From a virus (taxonomy: Duplodnaviria > Caudoviricetes): a stretch of DNA of 37,043 nucleotides. Shown here in pieces: positions 1-8,727 of this stretch; position 1 is the first letter of the stretch, and every line of letters starts with the position of its first letter. Location of the stretch: positions 1 through 37,043 of the IMG/VR virus record IMGVR_UViG_3300042514_002937. The stretch is one strand, 5' to 3'. The notes beneath the pieces are model-generated. The model was not told the DNA's origin. It did no database searches and was given only the letters and a program-made list of their open reading frames with translations. Both the position numbers and the translations under genes were made by a program.

Positions 1-855
1 TTAGTCGTGTAGATGCTCAGCTGCGTGCAGAGTATTTTCCAGCAGGCATGCACGAGTCATCGGGCCTACGCCACCCGGTACGGGTGTGATCCAGCCAGCA
101 CGGGGCAGGGCGGTCTCGTACACCACATCGCCGATCAGCTTGCCGTCATCTTGGCGGTTAATCCCGACATCAATGACGATTGCCCCTTCTTTGATCCACT
201 CGCCTTTGACCAGTCCTGTTTTGCCCGCAGCCACCACAACAATATCCGCTTGGCCGACATGCATGGGCAGGTCTTTGGTGAAGCGGTGGGTAACCGTGAC
301 TGTGCAGCCAGCTAGTAGCAGCTCCATAGCCATCGGGCGGCCAACGATATTTGACGCGCCCACCACCACCGCATGCATGCCATAAAGATCGGCACCAGTG
401 CTTTGCAGGAGCGTCATGATGCCTTTGGGAGTGCAGGGGCGCAGCAGGGGCATGCGCTGCGCCAGGCGGCCGATGTTGTAAGGATGAAAGCCGTCAACAT
501 CCTTATCAGGGCGAATGCGTTCAAGTAGCAAGGATGCATCCAGGTGAGCGGGGAGCGGCAGTTGAACCAGAATGCCATCAATAGCGGGGTCTTCGTTCAG
601 GCGGTCGATAAGGGCCATGAGTTCAGCCTGCTCGGTGTTTGCAGGCAAGTCATAGGCTTGCGACAGGAAGCCAACTTCTTCGCAATCCTTACGCTTGTGT
701 GAAACGTAGACTTGAGACGCTGGATCGCTACCGACGAGGATTACGGCCAGTCCGGGTGCGCGCTGCCCTTGCTGGCGTCGTTCGGTGACACGTTGGGCGA
801 TCTGCTGGCGCAGGCTGGCGGCAATTGCTTTGCCATCGATCAGTTGTGCGGTCAT
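1..855 (-). CDS. folD: Bifunctional methylenetetrahydrofolate dehydrogenase/cyclohydrolase FolD
   Basis: [12 protein letters not shown] start; [14 protein letters not shown] and [12 protein letters not shown] motifs; 284 aa. Confidence 0.98.
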   Translation of the reverse strand: MTAQLIDGKAIAASLRQQIAQRVTERRQQGQRAPGLAVILVGSDPASQVYVSHKRKDCEEVGFLSQAYDLPANTEQAELMALIDRLNEDPAIDGILVQLPLPAHLDASLLLERIRPDKDVDGFHPYNIGRLAQRMPLLRPCTPKGIMTLLQSTGADLYGMHAVVVGASNIVGRPMAMELLLAGCTVTVTHRFTKDLPMHVGQADIVVVAAGKTGLVKGEWIKEGAIVIDVGINRQDDGKLIGDVVYETALPRAGWITPVPGGVGPMTRACLLENTLHAAEHLHD

Positions 856-989
856 TGCGCTTGGTTAACCATTTAAAGAAGGATGAAAAAAGGTCGCCTA
901 TTCTCGCATGGGCTTGCTGTTGGGCAAAGGCGGCAGTCCGGCTTTTCGCGTAACTCCTTTAAATGGCTGATTTTTTTTAGCTTTTAGTG

Positions 990-1018
990 TTGACGAGTTT
1001 AAAGTGGCTCTATAACAT
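990..1018 (+). promoter_or_regulatory. Sigma70 promoter of the tRNA operon
   Basis: TTGACG(990-995)-N17-TAACAT(1013-1018), with an AT-rich upstream tract and a GC-rich discriminator (TCGCCCCGC). Confidence 0.7.
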
Positions 1019-1127
1019 TCGCCCCGCTTGTCGAGCACAGCCAGTCGCTGGGTAAGAAGGCAAAGGTCGAAGCTGCAAAGTTTTTTCCGAAGGCGAAAGC
1101 TTTAAGTCTGCGCTAGCAGATGGATAA

Positions 1128-1204
1128 GTGCCCGTAGCTCAGCTGGATAGAGCATCCGCCTTCTAAGCGGATGGTCGCAGGTTCGAGTCCTGCCGGGTGC
1201 GCCA
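1128..1204 (+). tRNA. tRNA-Arg(TCT)
   Basis: 77 nt cloverleaf; anticodon arm TCCGC-CTTCTAA-GCGGA; GTTCGAG T-loop; encoded CCA. Confidence 0.97.
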
Positions 1205-1236
1205 TTTGGCGGTCTTGGCTCAAGTAAATGCATATG

Positions 1237-1312
1237 GTGGGCGTAGCTCAGTTGGTAGAGCGCAGGATTGTGACTCCTGTTGTCGTGGGTTCGATCCCCA
1301 TCGTCCACCCCA
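1237..1312 (+). tRNA. tRNA-His(GTG)
   Basis: Anticodon arm CAGGA-TTGTGAC-TCCTG; G-1 at 1236; CCA end. Confidence 0.97.
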
Positions 1313-1323
1313 TATTTAGAAAT

Positions 1324-1347
1324 CGCCAGGTTAAAGCCTGGCGTTTT
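1324..1347 (+). other. Inter-tRNA hairpin (terminator-like or processing signal)
   Basis: CGCCAGG-TTAAAG-CCTGGCG followed by TTTT. Confidence 0.45.
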
Positions 1348-1365
1348 CGTATAAAGCTTTACCAT

Positions 1366-1450
1366 GCGGACGTGGTGGAATTGGTAGACACACTGGATTT
1401 AGGTTCCAGCGCCGTAAGGCGTGAGAGTTCGAGTCTCTCCGTCCGCACCA
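1366..1450 (+). tRNA. tRNA-Leu(TAG); its 3' end is the probable attL
   Basis: 85 nt with long variable arm; anticodon arm CTGGA-TTTAGGT-TCCAG; CCA end; integrase converges immediately downstream. Confidence 0.97.
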
Positions 1451-1535
1451 TGTAAAACGCTGTATTTCCGGGGCTTCCAGCCATGCGGTCTCTTTTCAAG
1501 GGAGCGTTTTGGGAATAGGTCGGGAATCTGCGAAC

Positions 1536-1566
1536 AAAAAAGGCAGCCTAATTGGCTGCCTTTTTT
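1536..1566. terminator. Bidirectional intrinsic terminator between the tRNA operon and int
   Basis: AAAAAAGGCAGCC-TAATT-GGCTGCCTTTTTT. Confidence 0.9.
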
Positions 1567-1584
1567 CGTTTCTGGGGGATGGGT

Positions 1585-2751
1585 TTAGAGCTTTAGTGCG
1601 GCCTCCAGGATGCCCACCATGTCTGGGCCGTCTTCGTTGATCCAGGTGCCGTAGTGGCGTTTGATCATGGCGGTGCTGGTGTGGCCCATCTGGTCGGCGA
1701 TCCAGTCCAGCGGCACCGCGCCGGTGGTGAGCAACTGGCTGGCGAAGGTGTGCCGGCAGTTGTTCGGCCCCCTGTAGCGAACACCCGCCGCGTCCAGGTG
1801 CGGACGCCAGAATCCCTTGAGCAGCATGTCTGAGCTGCTGTGCGCCGCGTTGGTGGTGGTGCAGTGGAAAACAAAGCGCACGCTCTGACGCTTGCGGGTT
1901 TTGTTGTCGCGGTCTAACACATCGATCTGCACCGGCTTGGCCTTCTGGGTGTGTATGGCCTGTGCCATGAGCGCCTGCAGGGCGGGTTTGAGCAGACGGA
2001 TCTCGCGGTTGGAGCGTCTGGTTTTGGTCACCTTGTATACGCCACGCACCTGGCTGCGTCGCAGTTTCACCGTGCCGGCCTTGAGGTCGACGTCTTCCCA
2101 GGCCAGTGCGATCGCCTCCGATACCCTGGGCCCCGCCCAGATCATGAACTGCGCCAGGTGCAGCTCCTGGACCTTCTCGGATGGCTCGCTGAGGATGGCG
2201 TTGATCTCTTCCCGCGTGAACGGGTCCACCTCGTCCTGGTCGGGCAGCATGATCTCGATGCCCTCGGTTGGGTCGTATGCCGAGCGGTTGCGCGTGCGGT
2301 ACAGCGTGAAGACTTGCTTCATGAGGCTGACAATCTCGCGCACCGTCTTGTTGTGCAGGCTGGGCATCAGCGTGTTGTGCACCCACTCCTGCAGGTCCAG
2401 GTGATCGATGCCGTCCGCCTGATGATTGCCCCAACGCGGGCGGATGTGGGTTTCAGCCTTGCTTTTGTAGGTGCGAAAGCCAGACGGGGCCAACTGGTTG
2501 CGTTTGATATCGAGCCAGAGGTCGATGTAGTGGCCCAGCGTGTTGGTCTTCACCCTGGGCGACTCAGGAAAGTGGCGGGCATAGCTGAATGTGCCGGCCT
2601 TTATCTCGTAATTGATCATGCCTACCAGGCGTTCGGCCTGGGCGATGTTCTCTGGGCTGGCATCGCCCGGCATCGCCTCACGGCAAAGCTCGCCCTGGTG
2701 GCGAAAATACACACGCACGCGGTTGCCGCGTACCTCAACTCCATCAGCCAT
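1585..2751 (-). CDS. int: Tyrosine recombinase/integrase with N-terminal arm-binding domain
   Basis: GPRVSE (catalytic R), KT, NNCRHTFAS, MGH and HY catalytic motifs; ATG 2751 preferred to TTG 2772. Confidence 0.95.
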   Translation of the reverse strand: MADGVEVRGNRVRVYFRHQGELCREAMPGDASPENIAQAERLVGMINYEIKAGTFSYARHFPESPRVKTNTLGHYIDLWLDIKRNQLAPSGFRTYKSKAETHIRPRWGNHQADGIDHLDLQEWVHNTLMPSLHNKTVREIVSLMKQVFTLYRTRNRSAYDPTEGIEIMLPDQDEVDPFTREEINAILSEPSEKVQELHLAQFMIWAGPRVSEAIALAWEDVDLKAGTVKLRRSQVRGVYKVTKTRRSNREIRLLKPALQALMAQAIHTQKAKPVQIDVLDRDNKTRKRQSVRFVFHCTTTNAAHSSSDMLLKGFWRPHLDAAGVRYRGPNNCRHTFASQLLTTGAVPLDWIADQMGHTSTAMIKRHYGTWINEDGPDMVGILEAALKL

Positions 2752-2774
2752 GTGCGTCCCCACGCAAAACAACG

Positions 2775-2824
2775 GAAAAGGCCCAGTCTATGGGCCTGAA
2801 AAAGAAGCGGCCCGTTGCCGGGCC
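2775..2824 (-). terminator. Tandem hairpins/terminators upstream of int
   Basis: On the minus strand, GGCCCG-GCAA-CGGGCC + GCTTCTTTTT (2809-2824), then AGGCCCA-TAGAC-TGGGCCT + TTT (2779-2797). Confidence 0.6.
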
Positions 2825-2850
2825 TAGAATTGAAAGGGCTGGTTTCTAGA

Positions 2851-3078
2851 TCATCGCGGCAATACCGGCTCTCCTGGATGGCTGAAAATGACCGCGCCTT
2901 TGTTGTCGATCAGGTCGCGGGTTTGTTCCACCAGGAGCGCAGGGTCTAGGCCCAGTTTGTTGGCCATGGCGTCGGCGGCTTGGCGGGCGCTGATGGTGTT
3001 GCTGGCGGTTTTCTTTTGGCCTTTGACGGTGGCCACGTAGGTGCCGGTGGTGTATCGGCAGCGGATTTCAGTGGGCAT
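2851..3078 (-). CDS. Hypothetical phage early protein (75 aa)
   Basis: ATG 3078 with GGGAGG RBS; overlaps the upstream gene. Confidence 0.75.
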   Translation of the reverse strand: MPTEIRCRYTTGTYVATVKGQKKTASNTISARQAADAMANKLGLDPALLVEQTRDLIDNKGAVIFSHPGEPVLPR

Positions 3079-3262
3079 GGGCTTGGCCTCCCGGCTTGCG
3101 GTTCTGGACGCTGGGCAGTTCGTAGTAGCAGGCCTTGCAGATGCTGCGCAGGCCATCGGCTGAGCGCTTGTCACTGAAAAAGAACTCGCGGTCAGCCGGG
3201 TACTGCTCCTGACAGGAGCTGCAGGTTTTCTCGACTTCGGTGGTGATCAATTCAACGGGCAT
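3068..3262 (-). CDS. Small C4 zinc-finger protein (64 aa)
   Basis: KTCSSC...DGLRSICKAC; AAGGAGG RBS before ATG 3262. Confidence 0.75.
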   Translation of the reverse strand: MPVELITTEVEKTCSSCQEQYPADREFFFSDKRSADGLRSICKACYYELPSVQNRKPGGQAHAH

Positions 3263-3449
3263 TACGGCGGCCTCCTTGGGCTTTTTTGGCGGCGACGTTG
3301 GCCATGTAGGCGGCCCACTCGATGGTTTTGCGCTGCTGGCGGATGCGGCTGCACTTGGCATGGTTGCGGGTGGAGCGGGCTTTGCCGCAGATATCGCAGA
3401 TGCTGGGCAGGTCGAGCCGGGTGCCGTTGAGGTTTGGGCGCTCACGCAT
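3252..3449 (-). CDS. Small Cys/His zinc-binding phage protein (65 aa)
   Basis: CDIC..H..C motif; GGAGG RBS; coupled to neighbours. Confidence 0.75.
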   Translation of the reverse strand: MRERPNLNGTRLDLPSICDICGKARSTRNHAKCSRIRQQRKTIEWAAYMANVAAKKAQGGRRNAR

Positions 3450-3714
3450 GGGCCACCTCCACCGCGTAGACGGTCATGTCGCCCAGTGTTGCGCCCTGGT
3501 TGCGGCGGATGCGCTTGAGCTGCTGCACCTGAGTGGCACCAGCGCCGAACAGGAAAACAAAGGACGTTGCCCCGGCGCTGCCCACCTCGCGCAAGCGATC
3601 GAGCAAGCCGGTGTAGCTCAACGGCTCCGGCACTTGGGTGAAAGGTTGATCGAGGCTCTCCAGGTGCTGCATGAGCGCGGTTGCCTGGGCGAGGGTGACG
3701 GTTTCGTTTTTCAT
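3442..3714 (-). CDS. Hypothetical phage protein (90 aa)
   Basis: Overlapping start/stop with neighbouring genes. Confidence 0.7.
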   Translation of the reverse strand: MKNETVTLAQATALMQHLESLDQPFTQVPEPLSYTGLLDRLREVGSAGATSFVFLFGAGATQVQQLKRIRRNQGATLGDMTVYAVEVAHA

Positions 3715-4370
3715 ACCGCACCGCCTTGCGCTGCCTGCACCTGGTCGTCGCGGAAGGTGTAGATCTGGTTCAGCTCAAAGCCGTCATTGAGTGCGGCGCG
3801 GATCCAGTCCAGCGGTTTGCCCGTGCCTTGGTATTGCTCCGGCAGGTCGCGTGCATCGAAGTGGTGGGCCACGCGTTGCGTCGACTCGCCGTCGTATTCG
3901 TCGGCATCGGTGGTGAAGGCAAATTCGCGGATGATGCGGCCACACCAGCGCAGCGTGTGATAGACAACGGTTTCACCGTGCACCACCGCTTTAAGGCGAT
4001 TGGCCGCGAACACGCGCATGCACTGATCGTGGCGGGCTTGATCGATGATCCATGGTGGACGTACATCAGATGGCAGCTTTTCGCCTGTCGCCAGCAGGCG
4101 GTTTATCTCGGTGGCCAGCGCCTGGGTGTTCTCAAGGCGCTCAAACTTGCGGCCGATCAGTTTGGCGCGGCCGGTTTCCAGCAGGTCGCTATCGTGCTCA
4201 AACAGCGTCCAGCCATCGCAGTCGCGGCCCGTGCAGAAAAAATAACGCCCACCGGCTGAGGCCAACCGCTCACGGCTTGAAATAACGGTGAAGGTCATAC
4301 CGTAGCGCGTGACGGTCTTCCTGCCTGTGGTAGCCTTGCCAAGGCTAACTTCTAGGGCTTGTGCTTGCAT
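3711..4370 (-). CDS. Hypothetical phage protein (219 aa)
   Basis: AAGGAGAAGCACC-ATG leader; ATGA coupling to the next gene. Confidence 0.75.
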   Translation of the reverse strand: MQAQALEVSLGKATTGRKTVTRYGMTFTVISSRERLASAGGRYFFCTGRDCDGWTLFEHDSDLLETGRAKLIGRKFERLENTQALATEINRLLATGEKLPSDVRPPWIIDQARHDQCMRVFAANRLKAVVHGETVVYHTLRWCGRIIREFAFTTDADEYDGESTQRVAHHFDARDLPEQYQGTGKPLDWIRAALNDGFELNQIYTFRDDQVQAAQGGAV

Positions 4371-4448
4371 GGTGCTTCTCCTTGGGGTTGGTTCGGCCCT
4401 GGTGGGTTGCCGCCCACCGGGGCCTTTTCTTTTCCGGCTTGGCCGGTG

Positions 4449-4808
4449 TCAGTTGTGTTGGGCGTGCCAGGCGCGCCATACCTTTTTGAAGCCATCCCAG
4501 ATCGCGTCGCCGTTGGTCACGTAGGTATGCACCTCCTGCTCGGGGCGTGCGTCCAGGTGCAGCACGGCGATGCAGTCTTTGTAGAGCGCGGTGTCGAGCT
4601 TGCGCAGGTCAGTGAGCGGGAAGGGGTAGGCCGTGCCGTTGTAGAGGCTGAGCAGAAAACGGGCGATCACGCCGCTTTGGCCTGAGTCGCGCTGTGCCAC
4701 GGGTAGCAGGCGATAAAGGGCCGCCAAACCAGCGGCGCGGATGGCTGGGCGCTGGGCGTCTTCTTCGGCCAGTACGGCCAGTACACGTTGAGTGCTGGGG
4801 CTGAGCAT
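4449..4808 (-). CDS. Hypothetical phage protein (119 aa, DSGQSGVIARFLLSLYNG type)
   Basis: Same strong leader; protein-like composition. Confidence 0.8.
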   Translation of the reverse strand: MLSPSTQRVLAVLAEEDAQRPAIRAAGLAALYRLLPVAQRDSGQSGVIARFLLSLYNGTAYPFPLTDLRKLDTALYKDCIAVLHLDARPEQEVHTYVTNGDAIWDGFKKVWRAWHAQHN

Positions 4809-4857
4809 GGTGCTTCTCCTTAGTTCGCCCAGGCGTTGCCGCGCCTGGGCGGGTTGG

Positions 4858-4989
4858 TTAGCCGAGGCGGGCCAGCAGGTCGGGGGTGAGGTAGCCGGCG
4901 AGGATGATCAGCGCCAGGGTCAGGCCGCTGACGGCCAGGGTGGTGACGGTTTCCAGCGGGTTGGGTTGGTGGTCGTTGTCGTGGTGCAT
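4858..4989 (-). CDS. Small single-pass membrane protein (43 aa), absent from the ORF track
   Basis: MHHDNDHQPNPLETVTTLAVSGLTLALIILAGYLTPDLLARLG*; repeat leader RBS; TAA at 4858-4860. Confidence 0.7.
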   Translation of the reverse strand: MHHDNDHQPNPLETVTTLAVSGLTLALIILAGYLTPDLLARLG

Positions 4990-5037
4990 GGTGCTTCTCC
5001 TTGGGGTTGTTGCCGGCGTTGCCGCGCCGGGGTTGGG

Positions 5038-7761
5038 TTAAGCCTTGAACACCCAGCACTTCACGGTTGCGCAGCGTGCTGAGAGTGGGTTTTTGGCGTT
5101 GTAAACCGCGCGCACGGCGCTGTCGGTGGCGCGGTTGATGTCGATGCAGGGCCGCGAGCGGCTGTGCTTGAGCAGGGTGCGCAGGGTGGCCACGTCGGCC
5201 AGCTTTTGGCGGTGCTCGGCGGCGCGCTCGGCGAACTCGTTGAGGTTGATGGCGATCACCTCGGGCTTTTTGCTGTGGTTCACCACCGGGTCGTCGCTGA
5301 GCGATTGCAGGTAGTCGTAGACCTCCCAGAATGTGCGGACTTCCTCCGGGTCGGCGTTGATTGCGCCTTGGCGATCCACGGCCATGGCCATCAGTTCTTG
5401 TTGGGTGCTGCGCAGTTGCTCAGCGCTGAGCGGTACCACGGTTTGGATGGCATCGAGCAGGGCCAGCAACTGGGCGTGGTTTTTGATAATCCGCTCCACG
5501 CGGATCTCGCGGATGGCGCGCAGGCTTTGCTCATGCAAGCGCACTTGCTTGCGGAAAACCTCCAGCACCTGGTGCTCGGCCTTGGCGGCCATGATCAGGA
5601 AGTGACTGACATCCTTGGCGCTGAGGTGGTTGAGGTTGTCCACCGCTGCTCGGCTGGCACTGGTGACCTCGGGGCGCACAAAGTGCAGTTTGACGATACG
5701 GGTGAGGATGGCTTCGGAGCCGGTCACGGTGGCGTTTTGGCTCATGACCAAGGTGCCCCGGAAGGGTGGCTCGTGGGTTTCGTTGCCGCCGGTCTTCACA
5801 CCGGTCACGCCCAGCGAGCCGCCGTTGAACATCGGCTTGAACTCGTCGAAGTCGAAGCCCTTGGCGGTGTTGCTGCTGGTGGCGTCGCTGCGGTCGGCCT
5901 CCAGCAGTACCAGCGGCATGCCGGATACCTGCCCCAGCCAGCGGCGCAGGCCTGCTTTGGACATTTTCGAGGGGTCTTTGCCTTCTTCTTCGGGGCGGCC
6001 GAGCAGCTTCCAGAGGAACATCAGCAGGGTGGATTTGCCCGCACCAGCCTCGCCGGTCACTTCCAGAAACGGGAAGGACTGAAACTCGGAGCGGATCTGC
6101 TCGGCGAACATCGAGCCAAACCAGAACACCAGGGCGATGATGCCTTGCGTGCCAAAACACTCCCACAGCCAGTCGAGCCACTCCTTGCGGTAGCCCTCGT
6201 TGGTTTGCGCGATCTCCAGGCGGATGGACTTCTGCAGGGTTTTGAGGCGCAGCTTTTTGAACTCGAAGTAGTCCTCGGCGTTGGCCTTTTCCACCACGCC
6301 ACCGCGCACGGCGAGGTCGCCGAACACGTAGCAGCTGTGCTCCTTGCTGTAGCCGATGTAGTCGATGGTTTCGACGACCTTCAGCGCTTTCAGCTGGTCT
6401 TTCATGATGCGGTCGAGCTGATTGCCTGTGCCGGTGAAAATGGCACCTTGGCCCGCATGAGCAAGGCGTTTTTTGAACTCGCTGGCGGCTACAACTTGGC
6501 CTGCAGTGAAGGTGCTGCGCACGGTGGGTGCGTCGTGCGGGAAGTCGATACGGAAGTAAAACCAAGCCTCGTCCGTCACTTCGTTGCGCTGGTAATACAG
6601 CGCCCGGAAGGAGCAACCAGCGATCTCCATCACCGCGCCACACTGGCGCAGGGCCTTCTCGCGGCGCTGCTTGTCGTTGAGCAGGGCGTCTTGTTGGCGC
6701 TCGGATTCCTCCAGGTGCTGCACCGCCTTGTTGAACTTCTCCAGATCCATCTTGAACCAGTAGAGGCAGTTCTCGAAGTCGAACCAGAATTCATGGCGCT
6801 CGCGCCATTCGTACATCAGCACGCCTTTTTCGGCGGCGCTTTCGGCCAGCAGCAGGGCACCGTGGTAGCGGGCCTCGTCGATGTCGCGGTGGATGCGTTC
6901 GGCGCGCTGCTCGGCGTTGTCGATGAACATCCAACGCTGGTGCAGGTCGTTCCAGTCCACCTTGCGGTCGCGCTGGGGGATCTGCGCGGCTTCGCAGGTG
7001 TAGCCAAGGTCGCGGGCCATTTGCACATGCTTGCGGGTGTAACGGTGCGCGCCGGGCTCGTTGTCCAGCGCCCAGACCAAACGCGGCAGCTTGCCGCCAC
7101 GCAGGCGGGCCAGCTCCTTGAGGGACTCAAACGGGAAGGCCCCGCTGCTCATGGCCGACACGGCGGCGAGTTCATGGTGCACCAGGGCGATGGCGTCGAA
7201 GATGCCCTCAACAATCCACAGCTCTTTAACCTGCAGCAGGTCGACGCTCGGCGGGCACCACCAGTAGCCCTTTGGCGATTGGCCAGGGGCGAAGCGCGCC
7301 TTCTTTTTGCCGAAGCGGTGCGGACGGTCGATCAGGCGTTCCCAGTAGCCGCCTTTCTCCAGGGCAAAGCGCACGGTGGCGCTGCCGATGCTCAGGTCGC
7401 GGTCCCAGTAGTTGTCCAGGGTGTAGCTGCCCTTGATCAGGCTGAGGTCGAAGCCGCGGGCAAAGGTGAGGTAGTCGTCGGCGGTGCGGTTGGGCTCGGC
7501 CTCAGTGGCGGGGGCGCGCTTGCTCCAGTCGTCGAACAGGTCGTCGAACAGCTCTTTAACGTGCCACTGCTCGCCGCACTTGCTCTCGCGGCCGCACTTG
7601 ATGAACCACGGCTCATCAAAGCGCGAATACAGCTCGCGCTTGCCGCATGCCGGGCAGGTGCCTTTGCGCAGGTAGGGCGTGCCCTTCATGTGCTGCAGGC
7701 CGTAGTCCGACTCCAGCCGGCGCAGCACTTCGCTGCGGATTGCGTTGTCCATGGCCTTCAC
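5038..7761 (-). CDS. Replication protein: Zn-finger + TOPRIM primase + P-loop helicase (P4 alpha/phiCTX-like)
   Basis: CPAC..C..C; IVEGIFD and ALDNE TOPRIM motifs; Walker A GEAGAGKS; GTG start with AAGGAG RBS. Confidence 0.9.
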   Translation of the reverse strand: MKAMDNAIRSEVLRRLESDYGLQHMKGTPYLRKGTCPACGKRELYSRFDEPWFIKCGRESKCGEQWHVKELFDDLFDDWSKRAPATEAEPNRTADDYLTFARGFDLSLIKGSYTLDNYWDRDLSIGSATVRFALEKGGYWERLIDRPHRFGKKKARFAPGQSPKGYWWCPPSVDLLQVKELWIVEGIFDAIALVHHELAAVSAMSSGAFPFESLKELARLRGGKLPRLVWALDNEPGAHRYTRKHVQMARDLGYTCEAAQIPQRDRKVDWNDLHQRWMFIDNAEQRAERIHRDIDEARYHGALLLAESAAEKGVLMYEWRERHEFWFDFENCLYWFKMDLEKFNKAVQHLEESERQQDALLNDKQRREKALRQCGAVMEIAGCSFRALYYQRNEVTDEAWFYFRIDFPHDAPTVRSTFTAGQVVAASEFKKRLAHAGQGAIFTGTGNQLDRIMKDQLKALKVVETIDYIGYSKEHSCYVFGDLAVRGGVVEKANAEDYFEFKKLRLKTLQKSIRLEIAQTNEGYRKEWLDWLWECFGTQGIIALVFWFGSMFAEQIRSEFQSFPFLEVTGEAGAGKSTLLMFLWKLLGRPEEEGKDPSKMSKAGLRRWLGQVSGMPLVLLEADRSDATSSNTAKGFDFDEFKPMFNGGSLGVTGVKTGGNETHEPPFRGTLVMSQNATVTGSEAILTRIVKLHFVRPEVTSASRAAVDNLNHLSAKDVSHFLIMAAKAEHQVLEVFRKQVRLHEQSLRAIREIRVERIIKNHAQLLALLDAIQTVVPLSAEQLRSTQQELMAMAVDRQGAINADPEEVRTFWEVYDYLQSLSDDPVVNHSKKPEVIAINLNEFAERAAEHRQKLADVATLRTLLKHSRSRPCIDINRATDSAVRAVYNAKNPLSARCATVKCWVFKA

Positions 7762-8009
7762 GCCTGCACTCCTTGTTCACGCAGCTGCTTTTTCAGCTCG
7801 CGGGCGGTGCGGCTGATGCCGGCGATGTGCGGGTGGTCGTCCAGCACCTTGCGGCCACGCAGGCCTTCGGGGGTGTAGCGGTATTGGTCGCTGAACCAGC
7901 AGGCGGCCATGGCCTGCTCGTATTGGCTAACCAGGAAGGTCAAGTAGGCCTTGGCCTGCTTGGGGTCTAGCTGGATTGAAACGGTGATATCACTCATACG
8001 GGCCACCAT
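7758..8009 (-). CDS. Hypothetical phage protein (start may be 7997)
   Basis: GTGA overlap with the primase gene. Confidence 0.75.
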   Translation of the reverse strand: MVARMSDITVSIQLDPKQAKAYLTFLVSQYEQAMAACWFSDQYRYTPEGLRGRKVLDDHPHIAGISRTARELKKQLREQGVQA

Positions 8010-8065
8010 CTGGGCGCAACTTGCCCCTGCCCACGTTGGGCGGGCATAGGCTTAGGGGTTTGGAA

Positions 8066-8425
8066 TTAGTGGGCTAGGGCGTTAGCCAGAAAGCGCTCGG
8101 GCAGCACGCGGCGCGGCACCATGTGGTGGATGCCGTCGCGGGTGTCGATCAGCACCACGGCGGTTTGGTCGCCGTGGTTGCCCCAATCCACACCCACGGT
8201 CACGTTGGCCGGGGTGATTTTGCTCATGGCCAGGTACACCAAGCGCTGCGCCATAAAGACTGGCACCTCGTTGGCATTGACCAGGTAGTTGCAAGCGCGC
8301 TCAAACAGTTGGCCATCGTTAAGGTGCTCAGCCCAATGGCGCTGCAAATACGCCTCGGCCACTGCTTGCATGGTTTCGCGGTAGTCCTGGGCGTTGATGC
8401 CGTTTTGCAGTGGGGTGGCGTTCAT
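8066..8425 (-). CDS. Hypothetical phage protein (119 aa)
   Basis: AGGAGG RBS; ATGA overlap with ogr. Confidence 0.75.
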   Translation of the reverse strand: MNATPLQNGINAQDYRETMQAVAEAYLQRHWAEHLNDGQLFERACNYLVNANEVPVFMAQRLVYLAMSKITPANVTVGVDWGNHGDQTAVVLIDTRDGIHHMVPRRVLPERFLANALAH

Positions 8426-8724
8426 GCGGTGGCCTCCTGGGCGTCGAGCATATCGAGCTGGTTGGTGTTGGCGATGTCGCGGTTGTCTTGGCGGGCCTTG
8501 GCCTGCATGGCCGAGGTGGCCAGGGGCAGGCTGACGGCGGGGTTATCCATGCCGCTGGGTGACAACTCATGGGTCATTTGAAAATCAGCCTTTACCGCCC
8601 AACTGCACGGCACGTACTGGCATTGCAGGTACATCACTCGCAAAAAGGCATGCTGCTCGGTGCTGGCGCGCACCTTCATGGGGCCTTTGCACTTGGGGCA
8701 CTTGAGGCGGTAGTAGCTGCTCAT
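8422..8724 (-). CDS. ogr: Ogr/Delta-like zinc-finger late activator
   Basis: CPKC...YLQCQYVPC...LSPSG pattern. Confidence 0.85.
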   Translation of the reverse strand: MSSYYRLKCPKCKGPMKVRASTEQHAFLRVMYLQCQYVPCSWAVKADFQMTHELSPSGMDNPAVSLPLATSAMQAKARQDNRDIANTNQLDMLDAQEATA

Positions 8725-8727
8725 GAC

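Larger units (their letters stand above)
4368..5030 (-). repeat. Three dispersed hairpin + RBS repeat modules
   Basis: CATGGTGCTTCTCCTT at 4368, 4806 and 4987; hairpins with a TTGCCG loop at 4395-4424, 4826-4851 and 5013-5030. Confidence 0.9.

Noticed and set aside
1102-1455. ORFs overlapping the tRNA cluster
   Set aside because: The region is fully explained by three tRNA genes
3068-3721. 217-aa ORF as listed in the track
   Set aside because: Only the last 64 codons (ATG 3262 with RBS) look coding; the upstream part overlaps two better ORFs
4368-5030. Repeats considered as a CRISPR array or integron attC sites
   Set aside because: Spacers are whole genes of unequal length; no cas or intI gene; no RYYYAAC/GTTRRRY box architecture
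5164-7878. 904-aa plus-strand ORF antisense to the primase
   Set aside because: Shadow ORF caused by high-GC codon bias; no motifs; the opposite strand has a clear gene
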